Below, in pieces: positions 1 to 7,594 of a DNA stretch of 32,000 bases; position 1 is the first letter of the stretch; each line of letters starts with the position of its first letter. The position numbers and the translations under genes are program-made. Source of the stretch: Methylophaga frappieri (GTDB lineage: Bacteria > Pseudomonadota > Gammaproteobacteria > Nitrosococcales > Methylophagaceae); assembly GCF_000260965.1 (NCBI RefSeq), contig NC_017856.1:720001-752000 (forward strand), read 5' to 3'. The notes beneath the pieces are model-generated. The model saw nothing but the letters and a program-made list of their open reading frames with translations, did no database searches and was not told the origin of the DNA.

Positions 1-271
1 TTTCTGTGAAATGCTCCATGAATTGACGTTTTGCCGTGGTATGCATATCAAGGCTGTGCAAAACACCATCTGACTGGATGTAATCGACCACAGCCTGAGT
101 CATCAGCGCATTGTTATGCCCAAAATTCAGTACGCCGGCGCCAGCGAAAAAATCAATGTATTCTCGCCCGTTCTCGTCTGTTTGGCGTGCATTCTTGGCT
201 TTGTCGAAAACCACCGGATAGACCCGACAATAGGCTCGTATCGCTGATTCTCGTTGTTCAAAAATACTCAT
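1..271 (-). CDS. diaminobutyrate--2-oxoglutarate transaminase (EctB/PvdH-type class III aminotransferase); only the first 90 codons, gene continues past the window start
   Basis: My translation of the reverse complement from the ATG at 271-269 is MSIFEQRESAIRAYCRVYPVVFDKAKNARQTDENGREYIDFFAGAGVLNFGHNNALMTQAVVDYIQSDGVLHSLDMHTTAKRQFMEHFTE. It follows the conserved N-terminus of EctB-type DABA aminotransferases (..VR.Y.R.FPVVF.KA.NA...DE.GREYIDF.AGAG.LN.GHNN). A GAGGAG Shine-Dalgarno lies 6 nt upstream (complement of 278-283). Track ORF 31..291 (+) is its antisense shadow. Confidence 0.8.
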   Translation of the reverse strand, partial: MSIFEQRESAIRAYCRVYPVVFDKAKNARQTDENGREYIDFFAGAGVLNFGHNNALMTQAVVDYIQSDGVLHSLDMHTTAKRQFMEHFTE

Positions 272-305
272 GGACATCTCCTCATGGTTAGACGACTTGC
301 TGTCG

Positions 306-1475
306 CTAGTTCAGCTCCTCCGGAAGCGGTGCGCCAACCAGGCGCGCGAATAATGCAGTGACCAATGGAATCAACCGGTCATTAAAATCATAATGGGGAC
401 TATGGCAGGGTGCCTGATGTTCCGGACCATCATCACTTCCGATGAGTGCAAAGGCGCCAGGAATTTCTTGAAGGTAATAACTGAAATCTTCCGATGCCAT
501 AATGGGCAGACGAATCTCTTGATGCAAGGCATCGGCCGTGTACATGGCACGCCAACTATCACGAATTTGTTGCGCCGGAGCAGCATGATTAATCGTTGCT
601 TCATAGCGTGGTAAAATCGTAACTTCACAATTCACACCGTAGCTTGCTGCTGTCTGCTGTGCAATCTCTTCAATCAATTGATTCATCTTGGCACGGACGG
701 CAGTGTCTGGCACCCGAATACTACCGCCTATTTTGGCCTGTTGGGGTATCACTGTCGCGGCGCTGGGCGCTTCAATTGAGGTAACACTTAACACCGCAGC
801 CTGTTGTGGCGGCAGCCGCCGACTGATGATTTGCTGCAGATTGAGCGTGATAGCACTGGCAGCGAGCACGGGGTCTCGGCACAGTTCTGGTTGACTGGCA
901 TGACCGCCTTGTCCGGTCACTGTTATTTCAAATGTACCATTGCCACACATGACAATGTCATCAGGACACACCAATTTGCCAAAAGGAATCGCCGGCCAAT
1001 TGTGCCACCCATAAATGCAGTCAACTCCCTCAAGTGCACCATCATGGATCATTTCTCGTGCACCATGACCGCCCTCTTCAGCCGGTTGAAAAATGAAGCT
1101 GACAGGACCCGAAAGCCGATTTTCATGATGCTTTAACCATTGCGCTGCGGCCATAAGCGTTGCTGTATGACCATCATGACCGCAGGCATGCATGGTGCCT
1201 GAATGTCGTGATGCCCAGGGATGGGTAGTCTGTTCGGTAATTGGTAACGCATCCATATCGCCTCGTAAAGCAATATGCGCACCAGGTTTATCTGCAGCAA
1301 GCGTTGCCACGGTACCGGTTTGTGCGCAAACTCGCCAGTTGATATCAAGCTGAGTCAACATTTCCCGCACTTTTGTTGCTGTTCGCTGTTCCTGCCACCC
1401 TTGTTCAGGATAAGTGTGCAGATCACGTCGAAACGCTTTTGCGCCGGTGATGGTTTTTTGCCAGACCGCTGACAT
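306..1475 (-). CDS. M20D-family amidohydrolase (N-acyl-L-amino-acid amidohydrolase / hippurate-hydrolase-like)
   Basis: Track ORF 306..1499. It has M20D-type metal-ligand motifs 'MHACGHDGH' and 'FQPAEEGGHGA'. I prefer the ATG at 1475 (MSAVWQKT...) because a G-rich SD (GGGGAGGGAG, complement of 1477-1486) sits just upstream. It ends 34 nt before the DABA aminotransferase start. Confidence 0.85.
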   Translation of the reverse strand: MSAVWQKTITGAKAFRRDLHTYPEQGWQEQRTATKVREMLTQLDINWRVCAQTGTVATLAADKPGAHIALRGDMDALPITEQTTHPWASRHSGTMHACGHDGHTATLMAAAQWLKHHENRLSGPVSFIFQPAEEGGHGAREMIHDGALEGVDCIYGWHNWPAIPFGKLVCPDDIVMCGNGTFEITVTGQGGHASQPELCRDPVLAASAITLNLQQIISRRLPPQQAAVLSVTSIEAPSAATVIPQQAKIGGSIRVPDTAVRAKMNQLIEEIAQQTAASYGVNCEVTILPRYEATINHAAPAQQIRDSWRAMYTADALHQEIRLPIMASEDFSYYLQEIPGAFALIGSDDGPEHQAPCHSPHYDFNDRLIPLVTALFARLVGAPLPEELN

Positions 1476-1494
1476 ACTCCCTCCCCTAATGCAG

Positions 1495-1509
1495 ACCAAT
1501 CAGATTGGT
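1495..1509. repeat. 15-bp palindrome ACCAATCAGATTGGT upstream of the amidohydrolase gene
   Basis: Perfect 7-1-7 inverted repeat, 20 nt upstream (on the - strand) of the ATG at 1475. Confidence 0.3.
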
Positions 1510-1631
1510 TGGTTAATTTACTTTTTACAGTGAATAACTTTTCCCGGCTTTGCAATAACCTGTGCAATCGTCCTCATTCATGGCCAACGATAAGCGATAG
1601 CCTTAAGTCACTGATCGTCACCCATCTGAGG

Positions 1632-2378
1632 TCAATTCGACCAGTATTTTTCAATACTGATTTGACCTGGCTCACGCCGCGTGTGTCGTTTAAGACCGTG
1701 CTTTGTCAATACATCCATCGTCTCTTGAATCATGCCGGGATTACCACAAATAAGGACTTGGCTGTTGTCATCAAAAGTCATCCCCGTTGTCGCCGACAAA
1801 GTATCATCCTCTATCAAATCAGGTATTCGTCCACCCAGGCTGGTGTGATGTGACTCACGACTCACGACAGTGACATAGCGAAACTGGTCTGCATGATCGT
1901 GTTGTAGTTGCTTAATCGTATCTGAATAGCTCAGCTCTTCAGCAAAACGCACGGCGTGTAGCAGGCAAACCTGATCAAACTGCTGCCACACCGTCTCGGT
2001 TTTTAAAATAGACAGAAATGGGCCCACGCCCGTGCCTGTAGCTAAAAGAAACAGTTTATTAGCGGGGGGAAGTTGCTCCAGCGTTAATAGTCCAGTTGCC
2101 TTTTCGGCAACTTGAACGGTATCGCCCGCTTTCAAACTGGCCAGCCGCGGTGATAACACCCCATCCGGCACATGGATAAAATAAAAATCCAAAACAGGAT
2201 CATCGGGCGCATTGACTAAAGAAAAAGGACGGCTAACTAGTTCCCCATCAATCTTCAGGGCCAATTGGGTAAACTGACCAGCTGAAAACGGTTGAATTGT
2301 TGCCTTCACCCGTAGTGAATGTAGCTTGGTTGTCCAGCTTTTGTTTTCCAGGACGATACCTTCAGTCCACGTTACCAT
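1632..2378 (-). CDS. fpr: ferredoxin--NADP(+) reductase (flavodoxin reductase)
   Basis: 248 aa. FAD-binding 'RPFSL' (RxYS-type) motif and NADP-binding 'GTGVGPFLSIL'. The overall length and layout match bacterial Fpr. AGGAG lies 7 nt upstream of the ATG. Confidence 0.85.
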   Translation of the reverse strand: MVTWTEGIVLENKSWTTKLHSLRVKATIQPFSAGQFTQLALKIDGELVSRPFSLVNAPDDPVLDFYFIHVPDGVLSPRLASLKAGDTVQVAEKATGLLTLEQLPPANKLFLLATGTGVGPFLSILKTETVWQQFDQVCLLHAVRFAEELSYSDTIKQLQHDHADQFRYVTVVSRESHHTSLGGRIPDLIEDDTLSATTGMTFDDNSQVLICGNPGMIQETMDVLTKHGLKRHTRREPGQISIEKYWSN

Positions 2379-2541
2379 GCCAAGCTCCTGCCATTAACTG
2401 ATGAGAACTGCTATTTATCATCACAATTAAAACAGCAAAGTTCGATTTTCGATTTAATCAAAAGCGGTGCGGTTACGTCAAAGTAAAGCTTGAATTTGTA
2501 TTATCATATGCATAATTCAATGGAAAAATTAGGATTGCCGG

Positions 2542-3183
2542 ATGTCTACCGTGCTTGATCTTCCCGCCCTGTCGGCAGCACCACTTAAAACGGATCCCTT
2601 TCCCTACTTCACCGTAGAGAGCTGCGTCAGATCTGATCAAATAGAGGCCGTACTGGCGGGGTTTCCAGACATTGGGGATGGTGGCAGTTTTAACATTGAA
2701 GATGTCAATGTTGATGAGCGGTTTGATGCGTTCTTGAAAGCAATCGATAGCCGTGCGTTTCGGCAAATTATTCGCGACAAGTTTGATGTTGATGTGATGA
2801 ACTTGCCAATGATGATGACTTTGCGTGGTTATTCCCGCTCCAAAGATGGTCGCATTCATACAGATTCGAAAACCAAGCTGGTGACGATTCTAATCTATCT
2901 CAACACTGAGTGGCCTGCAGTTGAAGGTCGTTTGCGTATCTTGCGGGATGGTCAGAACATGGCTGATTTCGCTGAAGAAATCGCCCCCGGACCGGGAACG
3001 CTGGTCGCTTTTAAAGTCACTGATAATTGCTGGCATGGCTATCCGCCTTATGAAGGCACACGACGTTCGATTCAGATTAATTTTTTGACCAGTGAAGCAG
3101 CCAGTAATAAACACCGTTTTTTTCATAAGTTAAGCGCCCGACTGAAAAGCTGGTTACGCCGCAGAAAAGCGAGCAAGCATTAA
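2542..3183 (+). CDS. 2OG-Fe(II) oxygenase superfamily protein (prolyl-hydroxylase-like fold), substrate unknown
   Basis: 213 aa. Candidate HxD...H facial triad ('RIHTDS' ... 'CWHGY') and the 'LIYLN..W....GRLRIL' pattern typical of PF13640-like oxygenases. AGGA lies 7 nt upstream. The stop overlaps the next start (TAATG, 3181-3185). Confidence 0.7.
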   Translation: MSTVLDLPALSAAPLKTDPFPYFTVESCVRSDQIEAVLAGFPDIGDGGSFNIEDVNVDERFDAFLKAIDSRAFRQIIRDKFDVDVMNLPMMMTLRGYSRSKDGRIHTDSKTKLVTILIYLNTEWPAVEGRLRILRDGQNMADFAEEIAPGPGTLVAFKVTDNCWHGYPPYEGTRRSIQINFLTSEAASNKHRFFHKLSARLKSWLRRRKASKH

Positions 3184-3548
3184 TGTCGGCCTTTGCTGAT
3201 CCACGTGTGCTGCTGGCTGCGGAGCGAACCTTGCTGGCTTGGTGTCGAACCAGTTTAGCGTTAATGATGTTTGGTTTTCTGATTGAACGTTCCGGTCTGA
3301 TTTTGACACTCCTCAATCCGCAGGCCAGCTCACAGACAATACCGCTGTTTTGGCTTGGGCTGCTTTTTATTGCACTTGGCAGCATCACTTCGATAGGCGC
3401 AGCCAATCAGTTTAAACGGGTTGTAAACGCCTGTCGCAGCGCCGAAATGGTGATAGCGTATCCCCATTATTACGGCATCACACTATGTTTGTTCGTCGCA
3501 TTACTTGGCGGTCTGCTGACGTCAGGCTTAATCGTTTATCATTTTTAG
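3183..3548 (+). CDS. DUF202 (YidH-like) small inner-membrane protein
   Basis: 121 aa. The signature 'AAERTLLAWCRTSLALMMFGF' is followed by two further hydrophobic helices. It is translationally coupled to the oxygenase. Confidence 0.75.
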   Translation: MSAFADPRVLLAAERTLLAWCRTSLALMMFGFLIERSGLILTLLNPQASSQTIPLFWLGLLFIALGSITSIGAANQFKRVVNACRSAEMVIAYPHYYGITLCLFVALLGGLLTSGLIVYHF

Positions 3549-3563
3549 AAGAGAGCACCGGTT

Positions 3564-3896
3564 ATGTCGAAATGGTTACTGCTCAGTGCAGCCATCATTG
3601 CTGAAGTCTTTGGTACCAGTTTTCTTAAAGCTTCGGAAGGTTTTACCCGACTTTGGCCTTCCTTGGCTGTCATTGTTGGCTATGCCATCGCATTTTATTT
3701 TTTATCACTCAGTTTAAAAGTGATTCCGGTCGGTATTGCTTATGCTATCTGGGCAGGTGCCGGCGTCGTACTCATCGCACTTATTGGCTGGCTGGCGTTT
3801 GGTCAAACCCTGGATGTACCGGCATTGATTGGTATCAGTCTGATTGTCGCCGGTGTTCTGATACTGAACCTGTTTTCAAACAGCATCTCTCACTAA
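3564..3896 (+). CDS. SMR-family multidrug / quaternary-cation efflux transporter (EmrE/Qac subtype)
   Basis: 110 aa with four TM helices and the essential membrane Glu at position 14 ('IIAEVFGT'). The block '[10 protein letters not shown]' is identical to E. coli EmrE as I remember it, and '[15 protein letters not shown]' also matches. Confidence 0.9.
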   Translation: MSKWLLLSAAIIAEVFGTSFLKASEGFTRLWPSLAVIVGYAIAFYFLSLSLKVIPVGIAYAIWAGAGVVLIALIGWLAFGQTLDVPALIGISLIVAGVLILNLFSNSISH

Positions 3897-3929
3897 ATTT
3901 ATTCACTTTAAGACGCACAGTTAATCTCT

Positions 3930-6191
3930 ATGGCTTCCCCCAAAAACACAGACGACAAGACAGTTAACGGCCCCCTGATGGATTTACGTCAGTTAGGTCG
4001 AGCGCTGGGCTATGTGCTAAAAGGTCAGTTGGCGCTGGCTGACGGTCACTTGACAGTATCGGGGCATCGGGTGCCTGAAAATTTTGCCGGGGTTGGCGTT
4101 GCGACCAATGCAGATCCGGCAACCGACGAGTATGTCATTACCCAATTGCAGGCATCAGGTATCAAGCAAGTCAGGTTGGATTTTAGTTACGGCGATATTG
4201 AGGGGCCGGCAAGCCGTTTCCTGACACGCTTATTAGCTGAGAATTTCGCGGTATTGTTACATCTGGTTCAGCCTTTTGGCGAAGCACAGAAAATGAAAAC
4301 CGAAAAAGCCCAACTGCGCTGGCAACAATTCGTCACCAGCGTAGCCGACCAGTTTGGTGACGCAGTGAGTGCCATCGAAATCGGTGCCACCAGTAATCGG
4401 CGGCATTGGTCTGGCTATGATCGAAAAAGCTTTTTTCATGCCTGGCGAATCGCCCACGATATTTTGCGGCAACACCGTATCAAAATGGCTGGTCCCAATA
4501 TTTCCGACTTTGAACCTTTGCATAACATCGCCGTATTAAGCCGATTGCGTTCTGAGGCGCGATTACCTGATACGCATACCAATAATTTGTTTTGTGAACG
4601 GGTAACCGAACCGGAACGTTTTGATCACCGTATTTTTGGGACTGAGCTTGCGCTAAAACTCAAAGTCAATCTGGTTAAAAAAGCCCGATTATTAAAGAAA
4701 ATAACGGACGACTTTGGTGTCCGACAGTTTATCTCTCCCGCTGCTTTCTGGACGCTGCCACGCATCATTCGCTTATTGGTTGCCGGCGAACAGAAACAAG
4801 CTGACTATCTGACACGTTACTTTACCTTGCTTGCTGCCTCTGGCGCACTGGATCAAGCATTCTGGGGACCACTGCTTTGTAGCCGAGAAGGCTTGATTGA
4901 CGAAGCAACGGGCACGTATCCAAAGCTAGAACGCATTACCCATTACCGCAGTGTCGGCGGAGAAATTGAACACTATCGGCAGCGTCCGGCATTTCAGGCA
5001 TTAACGCAGTTTAATGCCTTGATCCCAGGGAGTCTCTATCAAGGACCTTTGGCGACGGCATCCGGCATCGAAGCCCATGCTTTTCGCACGCAGGCGCAAC
5101 TAATTCACATCATCTGGACCATCAATGGTAAAGCCATTCCTTTATCAACGCTGTATGCTGAGCAAGACCTCCATTCCGTACAGGCTTTTTCACGCGATGG
5201 TGAGCAACTCAAAAATATCCCCGAGTTTGCCGGAGAAGCACCGCTGTATTTGATCTGGCAGGCGGGTTCCTCAGTCCATTTCCAACTGCCAGATAACCGC
5301 AATCTTGAAGGCTGGTTTCGCCATGCCGACGATCTGGATTTATTTGCTTTTAACGACGCTGGCTGGCGTGGTGTCCTGTTGGCTGACTCAGTGGCAACGG
5401 CGGCACAATTGCGCCATAAGCTACATCCGGCACACTTGCCCAGACCTTTACCCGACAATACCTTGCGCCGTGCCAGAAATATTATCTGGCAGATTGATGG
5501 CGTTTTGGATACACCTTTTATCGCCAAACAACCGCTTAAAGTAGCTTGGCAAAAGCGTTTTCTGGATAAACAGAAACCCAGCAAAGCAAGACGTAGCTGG
5601 GTTGGGGCGGCAGAGTTATTACGCCGTGGTGTACCTACCGCCCAGCCTATTGCCTACTTTGAACAGGAAGGAGATACCAGCCAGAAAGCAAATCTCTACT
5701 TGTGTGAGCGGGTGGCACATGACTTTAACGCACGACAAATTCTCAGCGCATTTCGGGATGGGGCCACTGAGTTTCGGGGTGTCACAGAAACGCAACTCTA
5801 TCCTGCTTTAAGTCAATTTTTGCTGGATATGCACAGCCGTGGCGTCTTTTTTCGTGATTTGGCGGGTGGCAATATTCTGATTCAAAAACAAGCAGACAAT
5901 ACCTTGCGATTTACGCTGATCGATATTAATCGTGCCCGATTTTTTAACGGTAATACGCCACCCAAAAGCTGCCTGTCAGACCTTGCCAGACTGTGCCACA
6001 AATTACATTGGCCTGGCCGTGAACAACTGGTTGGCCACTATTTGCAACACCATCGGAAACTGCCTTCAACGTTTGGCTGGCGTCAACGTTTGCCTTTTTA
6101 CCTGTATGATTTAAAAGTCAACTTCAAACGTCGCTATGGTCGTAAAGCGTTGCGAAACTGGTGGCGGAAACGGCGTCAATCGGCAGACTAA
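3930..6191 (+). CDS. 753-aa two-module protein: N-terminal glycoside-hydrolase-like (beta/alpha)8 region plus C-terminal lipopolysaccharide kinase (Kdo/WaaP/InaA, PF06293-like) domain
   Basis: The C-terminal part (aa ~515-700, nt ~5472-6029) has kinase-family landmarks: 'FIAKQPLK', 'AAELLRRGVPTAQPIAYFE', 'LYLCERV', 'LLDMHSRGVFFRDLAGGNILI' and 'LIDINRARF'. The N-terminal part (aa ~50-330) shows a clan GH-A-like pattern: 'GIKQVRLDFSYGDIE', 'AVLLHLV' and 'FVTSVADQFGDAVSAIEIGATSN'. No signal peptide and no clear SD; the start is uncertain (an alternative ATG is at 3978). Confidence 0.65.
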   Translation: MASPKNTDDKTVNGPLMDLRQLGRALGYVLKGQLALADGHLTVSGHRVPENFAGVGVATNADPATDEYVITQLQASGIKQVRLDFSYGDIEGPASRFLTRLLAENFAVLLHLVQPFGEAQKMKTEKAQLRWQQFVTSVADQFGDAVSAIEIGATSNRRHWSGYDRKSFFHAWRIAHDILRQHRIKMAGPNISDFEPLHNIAVLSRLRSEARLPDTHTNNLFCERVTEPERFDHRIFGTELALKLKVNLVKKARLLKKITDDFGVRQFISPAAFWTLPRIIRLLVAGEQKQADYLTRYFTLLAASGALDQAFWGPLLCSREGLIDEATGTYPKLERITHYRSVGGEIEHYRQRPAFQALTQFNALIPGSLYQGPLATASGIEAHAFRTQAQLIHIIWTINGKAIPLSTLYAEQDLHSVQAFSRDGEQLKNIPEFAGEAPLYLIWQAGSSVHFQLPDNRNLEGWFRHADDLDLFAFNDAGWRGVLLADSVATAAQLRHKLHPAHLPRPLPDNTLRRARNIIWQIDGVLDTPFIAKQPLKVAWQKRFLDKQKPSKARRSWVGAAELLRRGVPTAQPIAYFEQEGDTSQKANLYLCERVAHDFNARQILSAFRDGATEFRGVTETQLYPALSQFLLDMHSRGVFFRDLAGGNILIQKQADNTLRFTLIDINRARFFNGNTPPKSCLSDLARLCHKLHWPGREQLVGHYLQHHRKLPSTFGWRQRLPFYLYDLKVNFKRRYGRKALRNWWRKRRQSAD

Positions 6192-6245
6192 TGCGCATTG
6201 TCATGGTTCTGCACTTGGTTACGCGCAAATATGTGGGGTAAAACG

Positions 6246-7352
6246 ATGTTGCAGCAAACGCATGATGTTGCCGGTTTTTCAGCGTCGTTGTGGCGGTGTG
6301 TCAAAGCAGGGTTTATCAGCTTTTTCTTTTTCATTACGACAGCTTGTGATGCGACCGATACCAATCGGCTAAATCAATTTTTTGGGGAATCTGAACACGC
6401 GCTGCCAGTCAGTTTCTCTGGCACGCTGCCCTGTGCCGATTGTCCAGGTATCGATTACCGTTTAAACCTGTTTGCCGATCAATCTTTTTTTCTGCGAATG
6501 CGCTATCAAGACCGCTCTGATGCTGACAGCTACTACCTCGGTCGCTGGCAATGGCGAGATGACGCCACCCTGATATTACTTAGCGAACGCGAAATTTTTT
6601 ACCTCGCGGCTGACAGTCGGGATCAGCTCACCTTACTTAACAAACAGGGTCATCCCATCCAAAGTGCGTTGAATTCCACGCTTATCAAAGATGAACCGTT
6701 TTTGTTCGCCAGCCCCGTTATGGCGATGCGTGGCCAGTATCGTTTTGAGCACAATCAGGGCATTTTTCAGGAGTGTGCAACAGGCCAGCATTGGATGGTA
6801 CTGAACACCCCTGAAGCTGAATTATTGCAACAACGCTATCAGGCTATTCGCAAAACACCGGCGCAATCCCTTTTAGTGACGCTGCACGGCGAGCTGGAGC
6901 CCACCCCAGAAGCAAAAGATAGTGGCGACCAGTTGGCGTTGAAAGTGACTCAGTTTGCTGGCATTTGGCCAGGAGAAACCTGCGGTCAGCTGGGTGCACA
7001 GGAAATACTGTTGGACACCTATTGGAAATTAACGCGTCTGATGGGTAAGCCAGTCACCGTTGTCGATAACCAGCGCGAGCCAAGCCTCATCATGGCAAGC
7101 GGCAACAGTGCCCAAGTGACAGGTTATGACGGCTGTAATCAAATTATTGGTACCTTTAATTTGCAGCAAGAAGCACTGTCATTTAACAAAATGGCTACGA
7201 CGATGAAGGCTTGCCCTGAAGGTATGGCTTCAGCAAAACAATTTCATGACATGTTGGTTCAGGTGCAATCCTGGTCCATCACCAACCAATATCTCGAATT
7301 AAATGATGCCAATGGCACATTATTAGCACGCTTTCAGGCAGTGCATTTCTGA
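6246..7352 (+). CDS. lipoprotein-like protein with NlpE N-terminal (CXXC) domain and C-terminal META (HslJ-like) domain
   Basis: Track ORF 6198..7352. NlpE_N signature 'GTLPCADCPGIDYRLNLF'. META pattern 'YWKLTRLMGKPV...GYDGCNQIIGTF...ACPEG...WSI..QYLEL'. The hydrophobic leader ends in 'FFFFITTAC', a possible lipobox. I prefer the ATG at 6246 (MLQQTH...), but 6198 or 6231 cannot be excluded. Confidence 0.75.
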   Translation: MLQQTHDVAGFSASLWRCVKAGFISFFFFITTACDATDTNRLNQFFGESEHALPVSFSGTLPCADCPGIDYRLNLFADQSFFLRMRYQDRSDADSYYLGRWQWRDDATLILLSEREIFYLAADSRDQLTLLNKQGHPIQSALNSTLIKDEPFLFASPVMAMRGQYRFEHNQGIFQECATGQHWMVLNTPEAELLQQRYQAIRKTPAQSLLVTLHGELEPTPEAKDSGDQLALKVTQFAGIWPGETCGQLGAQEILLDTYWKLTRLMGKPVTVVDNQREPSLIMASGNSAQVTGYDGCNQIIGTFNLQQEALSFNKMATTMKACPEGMASAKQFHDMLVQVQSWSITNQYLELNDANGTLLARFQAVHF

Positions 7353-7594
7353 TGGAAATCATTTTTGCCGGCAATACGCTGCTTGAAGCACACATCATCA
7401 GTGGTCTGCTGACTGCTAATGATATCGCCAATCATGTTAGTGGCCATTACTTGCAGGGTGCCGTGGGTGATTTACCGGCAACCGACTTTGCGCATGTGCT
7501 CATCCATGACCTGGCTGATAAAGATCTTGCATTACAATTGATTGAGGATTACGAAACGGGCCGCTTGGCGCTGACTACGCCGGACAGTGGGTGA
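7352..7594 (+). CDS. DUF2007 (putative signal-transducing, PII-like fold) small protein
   Basis: 80 aa. 'LLEAHIISGLLTANDI..HV.G.YLQGAVGDLP' matches the DUF2007 pattern. The start overlaps the preceding stop (TGATG, 7350-7354). The 3' end overlaps convergent ribF by 20 nt. Confidence 0.65.
   Translation: MEIIFAGNTLLEAHIISGLLTANDIANHVSGHYLQGAVGDLPATDFAHVLIHDLADKDLALQLIEDYETGRLALTTPDSG

Noticed and set aside
2500-2516. AT-rich quasi-palindrome 'attatcatatgcataat' in the fpr / oxygenase divergent promoter region as a Fur box
   Set aside because: It gives only about 11/19 to GATAATGATAATCATTATC when aligned on ATTATCAT. The shared TATGCATA core also occurs at 24784-24791 and inside the aminotransferase CDS (near nt 39-46), so it is probably not specific.
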